From NCBI RefSeq assembly GCF_009914755.1, contig NC_060928.1: a DNA stretch of 64,000 nt. One strand, given 5' to 3'. Of this stretch, positions 25,816 to 39,822 are shown one piece after another (the stretch's first letter is position 1; each line of letters starts with the position of its first letter). This stretch comes from the human T2T-CHM13v2.0 reference genome, Homo sapiens. The position numbers and the translations under genes were made by a program. The notes below the pieces were generated by a model. It ran no database searches, was not told the DNA's origin, and was given only the letters and a program-made list of their open reading frames with translations.

Positions 25816-27750
25816 ACTGAAGCAAAGACATCGAGATGTCTAGAAATAAGAGAAGAATCTAGAAACTACAATGGGTTTTTTGGTCACTCAGCAGTGACCT
25901 GACAGAGGCCACCTTACCAGAGTGGTGGGAGCAGAGGTACAGGTGGACCAAGCTGAGGAGAGACCAAGAGAGGAGGGTGCGGAGACCACCGATGACCCTT
26001 TCAGGAAGCTCTGTTGTCAAGAGGAGCAGAGCAACAGAGTGGTAGCTAACGGGCTGGGGATGGGGAGTATGGAAGGTTTTCTTTGCGTCTGTTGAAAAAA
26101 ATGAAATCTCTTGGGCATATCTGCATGCCGAAGGGAAGGATCTAGGAGAGAGGGAGAGGCTAAACGTGGGACAGAGTCACCACAGCAGCAGGCCACACCC
26201 TGTTCTAAGCATTTCCCAGAAACTTACTCCTTTAACCTTCACAACAACTCTGTGAAGGAGATAGCATTAACTCCAGATTTTACAGATGGGACAACTGAGG
26301 CATGGAGAAATTACATAATTTTCCTAAACTCATCCACTTGCATTGGCTGCCAAGGAAAACTACTACAGAAGCCGTGTCCCCAACAAATGACAGAGGATGG
26401 GACCAGGGCATGTGAGGAGAGGCTGGCATTTGACAGGCTCAGGGACACCTCCTCCACAGACAGGAATGGATGGAGACTATGGTTACAGATGGAGGGAAGT
26501 TATGTAATGGAGCCATGATGGAATGAAGAGGGGCTCCTGCTTTCTTACTTGTTTTTACTAAGCACTGTATAAGGCAAGACCATCAGATCAAAACCAAGGG
26601 GAGAGAATTTAGGAGAGAAGAAAAGAAGTGAAATCGTCACTTCAGAGAATGAGAATACTAACATATTAAGGAAATAAAGTACAATGATGGTGCATGGCTA
26701 TACACCACGCAGACAGACTAGCTAACACGTTTGAGAGGTATTTCCTCCATATTATTCAGCTGTTCAGGTTCCCAGTTTATACAGGTTTGAGAGAGAGAGA
26801 GAGGAGGGAGAGAGGAAGAGGATAAGGATATTTGTAGAAGTATGGTTATAGTGAAAAACCAAGGGATCTAAGTTGGATATGGAGAGAACCAACCACAGGA
26901 GCAGAAAGCATGACAGTAAAGAAACAGAGAGAGAGAGGTGGGTCCATGGATGAGAGGTCCCAATGGAACTGAGGCACTGTTGGAATGGGAGAACCAGAGC
27001 ACACAGGCTGGAGGCATAGAAGAGCCTGGTTGGGAGATGAATGCTACAGTAGAGATTTTGGGAATAGTCCAGTTATTATAAAGATCAACATTAGACCATG
27101 GGAATGGTGGGTGAGGTAGGGAGAACCAATCCAGGATCAGAGAGACTTGGGTGCTGGGTGCAAATCACCAAGAATGAAGACAGAGAGTAGTGACAGGAAG
27201 ACAGTGAAGCAGTCTGTGGTCAGCAGTGAATGAGGAGGAACCAGGAGGTTGTAGTAACTGGAAGGGGGAAAGGGGGAGGGGTGGGAAAGTCAGAGGCCAT
27301 GAGATTCAAAGGAGCTGGGTGTCTAAAGGAAGAAAGAGGAGATAAGGTTGGGAAGCAGCAGTAGGGTGCTAGGAGGACACTCACCCCATCCCCAGGGCTG
27401 CAGTACTTGTAGTGTGAGAAATCGCAATAATAAACTGCATCCATGGGAGAGGGCTGTGGAGGAGATGGTGTCTGTAGGAAGCACCCCAGTTTCAATTAGG
27501 TCCAGGTGGGAAAGATGTTCAGCACAGCAGTTGAGGAGACTTGAGGATGCAGGAGAGTTTGCTGTGACCGACCTTAAGTTCCAAAGGGCATGTGGAAGAA
27601 GGTAGAGGTTGGGGAGGAACAGAAACTGGGTCAGATGAGCAGAAGCACAGAATGATAACAGAGGGTATGAACAATATGGAAGCCCTTCCAGTGGACTGTG
27701 AGGCGTGATGGGATTCATTCTCATAAGCCCCTGGTGTCTAGTCCAAGCTG
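25816..27750 (-). mobile_element. Degraded L2 LINE segments with a MIR at about 26200-26330
   Basis: Long purine-rich plus strand with L2-like motifs; MIR core ttttacagatgggacaactgaggc. Confidence 0.5.
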
Positions 27751-28409
27751 AACAGTATGGGGCCACTGGGCAACAGTCCTCCCCTGCTGACCTCAGAGTG
27801 TGGTGCCCTAAGTAGGAACCCTGGGTGTGAGGGCCTTTTTTAGTTGTCTGTAGTTCAAAGAGGCCTGCAATGAAGGCACAACAGCAGGGAGGAAGAATTA
27901 GAAAATTAATTAGTCACAGTTCTGTTTCTACTGTGCAACAAAGAATAATCATTTACCAGCTTAAGTAGGACAGTGATTAAAGGTGTTAGTTATTGGAAAG
28001 TATTGAATTGGTCTGGTTCTTGCTATGAATTCCAAGTATGATTTGAAAATGAACTTACGCCCTCAACTACACTCAAACACTAGTCACTTGAATTAATTCA
28101 GAATTAAAACACACAAATGATTTACTTGGATGGAATAAGCATAAGCTAGCTTCTTAAGGGTTCTTTCCTGCTGTGAACATTGACTAGAGTCCTTAGAACA
28201 GAAAGTATTCAGACTTGATTCTACTGAAAATTGCAAAATGACATTGGTGGGCATTCAGTTGTTACTTATGACATACCTTGTAATAAATTGCCCTGTTTAT
28301 AAATTTAATATTTCATAATCCAAATGTCCATGAATGGATGACTAGTTGATGAAATTATAATATGTCTAGATAACATACCATATAATATACTTGTTTAAAA
28401 TGAGGTATA

Positions 28410-29131
28410 CACAATGAGATACCATCTCACACTTGTCAGAATGGCTATTATTAAAAGTCAAAAAATAACATGCTGGTGAGATTGCAGAGAAAAGGGAATG
28501 CTTATACACTGCTGGTGGGAGGGTAAACTAGTTCAACCATTATGGAAAGCAATGTAGTGATTCCTCAAAGAACTAAAAATAGCAGTATCATTTGACCCAG
28601 TAATCCCACTACTGGGTATATACCCGAAGGCATATAAATCATTCTACCAGAAAGACACATGCACACATATGTTCAATGCAGCACTGTTCACAACAGCAAA
28701 GCTCTAAATGCTCATGAACAGTAGACTGGATAAAGAAAATGTGGTACATATACACTGTGGAATACTATACAGTCATAAAAAAAGAATGAGATCATGTCCT
28801 CTTCAGGAACATGGATGAAGCTGGAGGCCGTTATCCTTAGCAAACTAACACGGGAACAGAAAACCAAATACTGCATGTTCTCACTTATAAGTGGGCGCTA
28901 AATAGAACTTACAGACACAAAAAGGGGAACATTGGGACCTTCTTGAGGTAGGAGGTTGGGAAGAGAGAGAGGATCAGAAAGAAAAAGAAACTGTCAGGTA
29001 CTACGCTTAGTACCCAGGTGATGAAATAATCTGTACACCAGACCTCTGAGTCATGAGTTTAACTATATATCAAACCTGCACATGTACCCCTGAACCTAAA
29101 AGCTAAACTATTTTTAAAAATTTAAAACATA
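28410..29131 (+). mobile_element. Older L1PA-type 3' fragment
   Basis: acaatgagataccatctcacac...3' UTR; TSD aaaatgaggtata at 28397-28409 and 29132-29144. Confidence 0.92.
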
Positions 29132-29220
29132 AAAATGAGGTATATCTATATATACTAATGAGGTATTACTAAGTGAAGAGAGAGAGAGACAGTATGGGAG
29201 TACACACTGGGGGAGAGGGG

Positions 29221-29250
29221 GAGAGAGAGAGAGAGAAAGATTAGATAGAT

Positions 29251-29296
<46 letters not shown>

Positions 29297-29300
29297 CAGA
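29221..29300. repeat. Compound STR: (GA)n followed by (GATA)11
   Basis: Uninterrupted GATA x11 at 29251-29294. Confidence 0.95.
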
Positions 29301-32300
29301 GATCTTTTTTTTTCAGGGGTTACTTCTCCATGGTAAAAATATTGAGTGTTTTATTTTTAAGTTTCTTCAGTCTTTATATTTTTTACAGTGTCCAGTTGTA
29401 GCACAGAGAAACAGGAGATAAATAAATAAGGTTTGTATTTATCATGGCCAGCAGAGAATCTCAAAGCTTAACCAAAAGTTTGTATTGTTCCTTGGATGAA
29501 TCCTGTTTGTTATTTAAGCTTGTCTGAAAACTCGCTATTGCATGGATTTTTGTGCTTCCCTTGTGCCTAACATTTCCTGATTCTCAGTTAAAACTACATT
29601 TGCAGCAGAGTGTCCTGTGTCCAAACCAGACTGTGGTTTGCAGCAGTGGTGACCGAGTAATCCCTGTAGAAATCAATCAGTGTGAGTTGATCATCAAGAT
29701 GGCTCATGTCTGACTGAAGAAGGAGATGCATTTCTTTCCTGGGGTGAGCAGGGATGCTCAGAAGAGGGATGACAGGAGATGAATGGGATGGGATGGAGTC
29801 TGTGCCCTTCACAGTCCAAGGCTCTGGTTCTGAATCATAATGGAGAGAAGGTTTAACCATATAACTGAAGGGCATGGAGAAGTCTACTCTATCCCGCAAC
29901 AGACCAAAAGACCACCATGTAGAACTGACATTGTTCCCGGAGGCATTCTCCTGGCAGCCAAAGGAGCTTAGCGAGGAGACGAGCAGAAATTTTGAGTGGA
30001 CAAGCTTCTAAATACAAGCAAACACTACCTTAGGGATGCCTGAAATAAGAAGGGAGATTCCAGGGAGGGAATGGGGAGACAACAGCTACCATGGTTTGGG
30101 CATCAATGTTAACACAGCTGCATCTGTGGTGAAGGCATGAGGGAGGCTATGTGGGGTTCACTATCAAACAGGGTTATCAGGAATTAGTGAGCCTGTCCAA
30201 GAGTATGGGTCCATATCTCTTTTCTTGCTGGGAGATTCCATTACATATTCCTCATGTCCATATTTCTGGCCCCTTAAAAAACAGTAAACTTAAAAAATCG
30301 TTTACTGTATTTATAGGACTACATTCCGATTTAGGTCAGAACTTCTTTAACCAATCCTGAAGGCTGTCAAAATACTTGGTTTCTCTTTTTACATTCAAAT
30401 TACTCCATGCTAATGTCAGAAAAACTCATGGAATCTTCAATTTATCTTTGAGTTTTGATCTAATTTTATGTGAAAAATTTCCACTTGATAGTGCGATTTT
30501 TAAAAACTGTCCTCTTTGGGCATTTAATCAAACACTGATCACATAAGGGCTCATTTTTTCAAAGAACAGACCCATGAACTGAGAATCCTTGCAAATGTAC
30601 TTGATTTTAAGTGAAATGGCTGGCCATTCTGAAATAAGAATAGTAGGGTTTTTAAAAAACAGAGGTTTAATGACATTTGTCACATGCCTGCATTCAAGTA
30701 CTAGGCTGTAACTTTTAGCAAAACTAAGTCTTTAAGAATGTGCCATAAGCTCTACTGGAAAGAATATAAATAATGGAAGCCGGAGCCTAGAAAATGGCAA
30801 GCTGGCTCAGCCTCCTGTAGCATCATTCATTAGATCCAACTCCAAAAGCTAGAAGTCATAAAAAAATGCATGCAGGATTTCTTTTTAAGCATTAACACAC
30901 CACTACTTTAAATGTTGTTTCTGACTGAGAAATTCCTCTCTGCAGGTACTTTTTACCCCTGTAACCTCAGCAAACTGCCAGGGCCTCAGGAGACTAAACA
31001 AACGGCCAACTTAAAAATTCATTATAGTATCTGCTCCCTTTCCAAGACATAAAATATACTCTGTAATATTTGCTCTTCTGAATCCTGAGACTTTAATCTT
31101 CAAGGCTTCGTGTGCTTGTATGACACCATCTCTTGTCCATTATTTTTAAAAACACATCATATCTGAAAGTTTTAAAACGAGAAGTGAAAATGCCGCTAGT
31201 CAGCATATTAATTTCCCTGAAATAAGCAATATCAGTAGTGATGACAAAAGTTACATCAATGCACCAGATTCCTGGGAAGGAAGTGTGAAATGCTAAACTA
31301 CATAGTTCGCAGTTACCAACCAATGGTAGCAAATGGATGATAAAATCCAGGGGCATGAACTCACTGTTAGAAGTCCATGAACAGAAGAAATTCAATTTCA
31401 TACAGCTACGAAGATAACATAAAATTATCAAGTATATAATATAAAAGTGTGATGGTCAGGCACCATTTTGAAAACATAAAGACTAGCCATCTGGGCAAAG
31501 GCCCAGACTTAGTACAGATAAAGCAAGTGGCTGCTTACCTTATCACATCTCAAAGACTTCTAAAAAGGGCCCATGAACTCAAGATGGCTATAGCTCAAGT
31601 AGGCGTAGGCAAGACTTCTGCACTGCAGAATGGGCACATAGAAAAAGAAGGAAACGAGCAACCAGAATGAAGGAAACTGACCCAGCCAAAGAGCAAAGAG
31701 GAATTCCTGAGAAAGTGATAAAAGAGTGAAAAATAGAGGTTATTGACATTATTTCATTTTAAAATAATTCCTTAGGGTGTAGGTCATGATTAAGAACCAG
31801 CTTTTCTTTCTCAGAAAACTTGGGGCTGAATTCCTAAGTGAATTCAGTTCAAAGTATTTGTCTAAAATTTAGTCTGTGGCAAATATAGTAGAAATGGGTT
31901 AAATGAATTAAAGAATTGAAAGGACTAACAAAAAATCATAGATTATTTATGGATAATGTTTCTGTTCTAAAGAAATATAGCACTTTTTTGAACGCAGTAA
32001 GAGAACAGAGGCAAAGAGAACAATTTGATTAGACAGAGTTACAAGAAAAGCCCCCAAAACTCCAAGAGTTTAGCCAATAATCATAACCCATTATGAATTA
32101 AATCAGAAATAAGCAAAGTCACTTCAAAGGGATGGAATGGCTAATTTAAGAGTATGATCTGACTATAACTTCACCTTGATGATATTGGTATATGTCATGA
32201 AAGAATGTGTCACTCAGAAGAGCAATCAGTCTCAAAACACAGGACATGGGGACTTAGAGTTAGCAATCAGTTCCCAGCACTGGTGAGACACTGAATTTGG

Positions 32301-32784
32301 AAATACAGTGGCTTCACTCTCGAAGTGCTCTTAGCTACAGGGCTTAGATTTCTACCAGGTAGCCCCTTGGCCTGGATAAAAGATCCCTTAAAACCACTTA
32401 CATAACTTTACTTCAATTCTGTCTTCACTTAGCAAGCTCCCAACTGTTAATTCAACCTCTCAGTCACCCTGATACTGGAAGGGTTCATTAGATGATAAAA
32501 ATGATAATTTTAGTAACTGGAAAGAGATATTCTCCATAAAAATTAATAAATCAACAATCAGATTTATACACCATTTGCTCATAAGTTAATATGAACCTGT
32601 CTTCTCCTCTTGTCTCAGGTAGCATCCTGTGAGACACTGACACAGAAACTTCCAGAATTGCAAATTTAATATCAGACCCAGATGATGGGAATTCCACCAC
32701 CCCATGAGTCAGCTTGGCTGCCAGTTAGCTAGCCCCCTTAAGTGGCTCTACCCCTTCATGTTATTAAAAAAAAAAGAAACATAT

Positions 32785-33091
<307 letters not shown>

Positions 33092-33979
33092 CGTGTAAGA
33101 ATACATGATTCACTTCATATCCTGTGAATTTAGTACTAGATGATTACATGAGTCAGAACTCAACTATGTACATCAATAACTAGTATTAAGTTCGTTAGAT
33201 TGTGCAAGGAGAGATACTATATCTTTTTCTATTGTGGGCCATCACGCAGTGTCTGACATTTTAGGAACACATGAAGTATTTTTCAAATAAAAAAAATTTT
33301 AAGAAAGGAAAGGAGATGAAGCAAAAATAATCCAGTTTCTTTCCAGAAGATTAAGCTACTGATGAGACATGATGACTTTCATATGATTTACATCAAGTGG
33401 TTTCCTTCCTTTTGAGGAGCTATTCAAAAAACTTTTGGAGGATAGAGAGAACTATGAAAATAAGTCAATCATATAATTGGACTGTTCCTTATGGTACAAG
33501 GGTGGGAAGATGTAAGTTGGTCCTGCTTCAATATAAACATAAATTAAGGTTATCTTAAGATTATTTCCTGTTTATATTTACTATCCTGCTTGAAGAAAAG
33601 AGATAACTGAAAGTCCACTGTGTTTGTCTATTATATGACTCAGGTATACACAGTCTACAGAGCTAAGTTTCAACAAAAAAATATAATGTTGAAGAAAGAG
33701 AGACTAATAACCCACAAAAAGGTGATAAACAGCTATGCCGATGTTGTCCTTATGCTCTCTGAGGGAAGAGATGAGATAAGCCATAGTAGATCAATCAGGA
33801 CATTGAAACCCTTGTTATGGAGACTCAGCAAGCCTTTTGCACACACTATAGACACTGCTGCGTCATCTTGAATTATGCAGTGTGTAAGTATTAAGAGCTG
33901 CCTAACATCTAAGCTAGTCCTATGCTGTTATAAGGTCAGAGATCAGGGTCCGAAAAACGGACTTATTAAAATTTAGTGA

Positions 33980-34283
33980 GGACATCATGCTAAGTGAAAT
34001 AAGCCCATCACAAAAGGACAAACCCTGTATGATTCCTCTTATATGATGTACTTAGAGTAGTCAAATTCATAGAGAAAGAAAGCAGAATAGAGGTTACCGG
34101 GGGTTTGGGGAAAGGAAAATGGGAGGTTAATGGGTACAGATGTCATTTGGAATGACAAGTTCTGGAGATGGATGGTGTTGATGGCTGCACAATATGAATG
34201 TACTTAATACCACTGAACTGTATACTTAAAATGGTTTAAATGGTCAATTTTATGTTGTGTATATTTTACCACAATAAAAAAAA
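33980..34283 (+). mobile_element. L1MB-type 3' end
   Basis: ggacatcatgctaagtgaaataagcc...cactgaactgtatacttaaaatgg...ttttaccacaataaaaaaa. Confidence 0.85.
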
Positions 34284-34287
34284 TCTA

Positions 34288-34510
34288 GGCCGGGCACAGT
34301 GGCTCACGCCTGTAATCCCAGCACTTTGGGAGGCCAAGGCAGGTGGATCACGAGGTCAGGAGTTCAAGACCAGCCTGGCCAACATGGTGAAACCCCGTCT
34401 CTACAAAAAATACAAAAAAATTAGCCGAGCATGGGAGCGGGCACCTGTAATCCCAGCTACACTCCAAGCTGCACTCCAGCTTGGCAACAGAATGAGACTC
34501 CATCTCAAAA
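34288..34510 (+). mobile_element. AluSg-like SINE with an internal deletion in the right arm
   Basis: Left arm intact; cccagctac jumps to actccaagctgcactccagc. Confidence 0.9.
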
Positions 34511-34738
34511 TAAATAAATATATTTATATATTCAAAATAAATAAATATATTTATATATTCAAAATAAATAAATATATTTTATATATCTAAAATAAATAAA
34601 TATATTTATTTATATATCTAAAATAAATGAATATATTTATTGATATATCTAAAATAAATAAATATATTTATTTATATATCTAAAATAAATAAATATACTT
34701 ATTTATATATTTAAAATAAATAAATAAATATATATATA
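34506..34738. repeat. AT-rich minisatellite (three 27-nt units, four 31-nt units, one partial)
   Basis: Units caaaataaataaatatatttatatatt and ctaaaataaataaatatatttatttatatat. Confidence 0.92.
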
Positions 34739-35153
34739 GTGAGTAAAAAAATATTGTGAAGGCACAATTTGAATGGGGTGAAATCAGCCACCCAGATGCA
34801 GCAACCTCTTCTTCCCACTCGGACGCCTGGCATATTAAAATGCTCTGAGAATTAGTCTTCCATTATGACCCTTAAGCATAGTTAGAATGTCCCTCTCTTA
34901 CTGGAAATAAATGATTCTAAGAACTCAAGCATCTGCCGCTAATAGCCATTGCCTTCATTTACGGAGGGCAAGTTTTGCGCTAGTACAGATCCCTTTACAT
35001 AAGCCATTTCTTTGGAATGAGATTCCACACCCTTGTGTTCTTGCCCTGGCTTGACTCTTCAGCCTCACTTTTCTCCAGCTCTATGTCCAGTTGCTGCATT
35101 TCCCTAGAATGTACCACAACACAATCTTTTGCCCCTCCAGCTCTATACACATA

Positions 35154-35154
<1 letters not shown>

Positions 35155-35198
<44 letters not shown>
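35155..35198. repeat. (CA)22 microsatellite
   Basis: Read directly from the sequence. Confidence 0.95.
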
Positions 35199-35200
<2 letters not shown>

Positions 35201-35317
35201 CTTTTCTTGTATATGTGGTTCCCTCCTCCTTTCATTTAGCCAACTCTGGTGCATCCGGCTGACTTCAGTTCAAGACTTCAGCTTCCTTTGATAAACATCC
35301 TGATCACCACAGGAACC

Positions 35318-35509
35318 ACTGTTCCTCAGACCTGGCTCCACGTTAGAATCACCTGGGGCAGCTGAAAAATTACTGACCCCTGGCTACACTTCCAGAAATT
35401 TATTTAACTGGTCTGTGACCAGGGCATTGTTCGTTTGTTTACAAAACAAAACAAAAATGAAAAACGTCTCTATGAGATCTTATTCAACAATGGAGGCAGA
35501 GAACCACTG
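35318..35509. mobile_element. MER5A-type hAT MITE
   Basis: ttagaatcacctgggg...gagaaccactg terminus. Confidence 0.7.
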
Positions 35510-35700
35510 GCCTAAAATGGGGTATTTTCCCCCTCACCACCTGATGCCTCTCATGCTTCTCCCTATCTTAGCCCACATCTTATTTTATTAAAATCACTTG
35601 TTAGTTTAGGCCTCCCCTTTGAAGCTCAAGTTTACCATCATATTCACAGGGCCTAGAACAGCACCCAGCACACTGTAAGGGCTCAACTACTGTGAACAAA

Positions 35701-36117
35701 TGTGAACCAGAAAGAGCCAGTCCTGCAAGATGGATTCCAAATAGCTAACTGGGCCTAAATTTAAAACAGAGCCAAGCAGCCACTTGCTGACTAAAGGTCA
35801 CACACACACTTTGAGCTCCCTGAAAACCCACACCTCTGCTCAACTTTGGGACTTTCAGAGCTCACCTGAACCAACCAAACAGGGCTCAGCTGTATCAGCC
35901 AATCAGAACTAAGAGCATTTTAACCCTTAATTTGCATAAATGGATCTGATTGAGAACCTGAGCAGGAACTTTTGCTATAAAATCCAAACCCTCCCTTTGT
36001 TCTCTGGAACACACCTTTGTTTTACACCAGGCTGTTACACCAGGCTGTGTCACCCCAGTTTGCACTGGAATGAAGTCTCTTTCCTCCAAATTCATTTTCA
36101 AATAACTTTTGTTTACA
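35701..36117 (+). mobile_element. ERV1-type solo LTR
   Basis: TG...CA ends, CCAAT (cagccaatcag), octamer atttgcat, TATA-like gctataaaa. Confidence 0.75.
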
Positions 36118-37096
36118 TTACCTTGAGTTGCTTTCTTGAATTAATTTTGTACCCACTAAATGAGGCTCAGAGAGGCTAAATCATTTACCCAAAGTCACAC
36201 AACAATTGAACAGCAGAGTAAGGACTAGAATTTAGCTCTCTCTGACTACAAAACTCTGTTTACTACACCACACTGCTTTCTGGCTTCTTGAATAAGTTGC
36301 TCGTAATGAAATGAGTTATTCCTACTGAACAAGTTCAAAATAAAGATGAAACCAGAAGTGTGCTGTGAATAACTGGATGACACACATCCAAAGATCACTC
36401 AATTTCCTAAGTACTCAGGGACAAGCTTTTGTAAAATCTGGACCTCAGATGAACAATCAGCAACATACTCCCGAACAGGCTTAATCACCACTCTCAGAGG
36501 GACATTTATTTCTCAGTGCTTAGAACTCTTTTTTCTAGTACTCTAGATCCATTAAAACCTAAAATGGTTTGGATGTATCAAGTTTCTGAGTAAACAACAA
36601 CAAACAAAACAAAACCAGGAAGAGAAAATTGTGAATTGTAACGGCCACTGTAACTTTCTTAGGCAACCACACCAGTACTGCTGACAGCCACTCACTCAAT
36701 TTTAGATAGGACCTGTTATGCATGTGTTCAAAATACAAAACTAGGACTTCAAGTTTCCTGTGGCCACTCAGTCTCTGCCACAGTATGTGTTTTCCCACAA
36801 AGGCAGACACTGCTGAAACTGCCCCACTGCCTGTCTACAGCAGAGCGCACACCATGGCTCTAGATGCACCAGCATGAAGCTGCTTTCCAAAATACAGGCA
36901 GTTGTTGACATCTGAGGTTTGCTAATGTCCTGAGATGAACTTCCACCGCTGAGGTTTCCCTGACTGCTCAGGAGAGGAGCTTGGCTGCCAAGTGCCAGAT
37001 GGCATAGAAGTGCCAACTGCTTACTTCTCAGTACCCAACCCCAGCTTTTATTATGGAAAATTTTAAAGCATATACAATAGTAAGTAAACGCTTCTA

Positions 37097-37481
<385 letters not shown>

Positions 37482-37729
37482 CTAGGTTTGCACAGTGTTC
37501 TAGTGGCATATTTGTCAGATGGGCCACTTGGCACTTGGCACAAATGAATAAATATACCTTATTTTATTTTATTTTATTTTATTTATTTTATTTTATTATC
37601 CTGGAAGTCTCACAACCATTTCTCCAAGCTTGCCGGTGTAATCTTTTGGAACTTTATGGGGAGGCCTATAGCTTTCATTGCATCACTCACTGGGAATAAC
37701 TTAACAGACAGAAAATCATAGTGGTTACA

Positions 37730-37970
37730 AGTAGAAGCTTTGGTCAGGTACTCTGGGTGTACCCTGGGTGAGTCCCAGTTCCACTACTTATTAATCTTGT
37801 GAACCTTGAACAATTTGTTTTAACATCTCTTAGCTTCCTTTCCTTCATCTATGAAAGGTAAAAAGAAAAGTAGCTAATAGGGTTATTGAGAGAATTAAAT
37901 GAGATAATACAAGTAAAATACTTAGAACAATGCAGTTTGGCTTTTTTAAAATAAGTGTTCCATAAATGGC
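37730..37970 (+). mobile_element. MIR fragment
   Basis: cccagttccactactta...ttccttcatctatgaaa...gagaattaaatgagataatac. Confidence 0.65.
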
Positions 37971-38519
37971 AGTGGTGGATACTGTGAGTTACAGCTGTGT
38001 TCATTCCTATAATCTTTTCCTACTTGGTCTTGGTTTTATTAAAGGCCTCCGCCCTAGCAGCCGTTCCCTGGGGTCCCATGGTGTCTCATGACCATAGCCA
38101 CTTCACATACATTTCTCGCTGTAATGTTCAAAGAGCCTACAGATGGCTGAGTGAGTTGTATAATCAAAGTAGCTCTGATGTCAGGGGATGGTGAAGTCAC
38201 TCTGGCCTGAATATATGGAACGCTTGGTGCAGGAGATGAAACTTTTAAAGTTAATTTAATTTAATTTAATTATATTTTACCCCAATCCCTAGTATTTGTT
38301 GGATTCATTAAAAATACACATAATACAATGGTGAAAATAAACAGGTTAGAGTCAGAGAGAGGGGAGAATACAGACAGGGAAATAGAAAGCTAGCTATAGT
38401 ATTTCACCAAACTGTGTCCCAGGAAATCTTAGGCTTGATGTGTGCAAATCAGGACGTAAATATCCTCTTACCAAAGCAAAGAAGGAAAATATAATCAATT
38501 GCAAAACTCATATATGTCA

Positions 38520-38750
38520 ATATATATCTCATATGCCAGGCACTGTTGTAAACATTTCATCTATACTAGCTCACTTAATGGTCACTGTTAACACTCTATC
38601 AATTGGTGTTGTTTTTGCTGTTTTTATGGATGGGAAACTGAGGCTCAGAAGGTGAAATAAGTGGCCCCGTGTTCACTGTGGCTGCACTGAAATTTGAACC
38701 CTGGTAGCCTGGGTTCAAGACCCATGCTTTTAAGGCCTGGACAATACTGT
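38520..38750 (-). mobile_element. MIR fragment
   Basis: gatgggaaactgaggctcagaaggtgaaataagtggccc...tttgaaccc. Confidence 0.65.
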
Positions 38751-38996
38751 TCTGATAGACAATGTGGCATAGAAAATAGCAAACAAGCAGTGTAGAGAAA
38801 GCATTTGTTATCACTGAGATCTGAGTCCCCAAAAAGACAAAACAGTTAACAAAGCATACTAGTTTCCAGATTTGAAGATTTCCCAGATCAATTAAAATAT
38901 TTTTTAAATGGTGGGGGATAGAGGGATATTATGTACAATTGGCAACCTCTTTTTTGTTTGTACGTGCCAAGTAAAAGCATTAAAATAACTACCAGG

Positions 38997-39330
38997 GTTG
39001 GGAAAACTGGCTAGCCATATGCAGAAAACTGAACAGAAAACCAAACACTGCATGTTCTCATTCATAAGTGGGAATTGAACAACGAGAACACATGGATACA
39101 GGGAGGGGAACATCATACACAGGGGCCTGTCGGGAGGTGGGGGGCTAGGAGAGGGAGAGCATTAAGACAAATACCTAATGTAGATGACAGGTTGATGGGT
39201 GCAGCAAACCACCATGGCACATGTATACCTATGTAACAAACCTGCACGTTCTGCATACGTATCCCAGAACTTAAAGTACAAAAAAAAAAAAAAAAAAAAA
39301 GAAAAGAAAAAAAAAAGAAAGAAAGAAAAG
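38997..39330 (+). mobile_element. L1PA-type 3' end with an internal deletion and long A-rich tail
   Basis: Short upstream ORF2 piece fused to the ORF2 end and 3' UTR; TSD core ctaccagg at 38989-38996 and 39331-39338. Confidence 0.9.
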
Positions 39331-39374
39331 CTACCAGGAGCATCAACATAGCTCCTCACAAAATAAATGACCTT

Positions 39375-39697
<323 letters not shown>

Positions 39698-39707
39698 AGG
39701 CACTGAA

Positions 39708-39822
39708 ATATATATATACACACACATACATACTATATATATATACACATATATATATACACACATATATATACACATATATATATACACATATATATGC
39801 ACACACATATACACACACACAC
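39708..39822. repeat. Compound (TA)n/(CA)n microsatellite
   Basis: Read directly from the sequence. Confidence 0.9.

Noticed and set aside
31093-31431. 112-aa minus-strand ORF in non-repeat DNA
   Set aside because: No recognisable domain and no place in the D-E splice; compatible with chance.
34506-34738. Regular 27-31-nt repeats resembling a CRISPR array
   Set aside because: Units are head-to-tail without unique spacers, there are no cas genes, and the context is a eukaryotic Alu tail.
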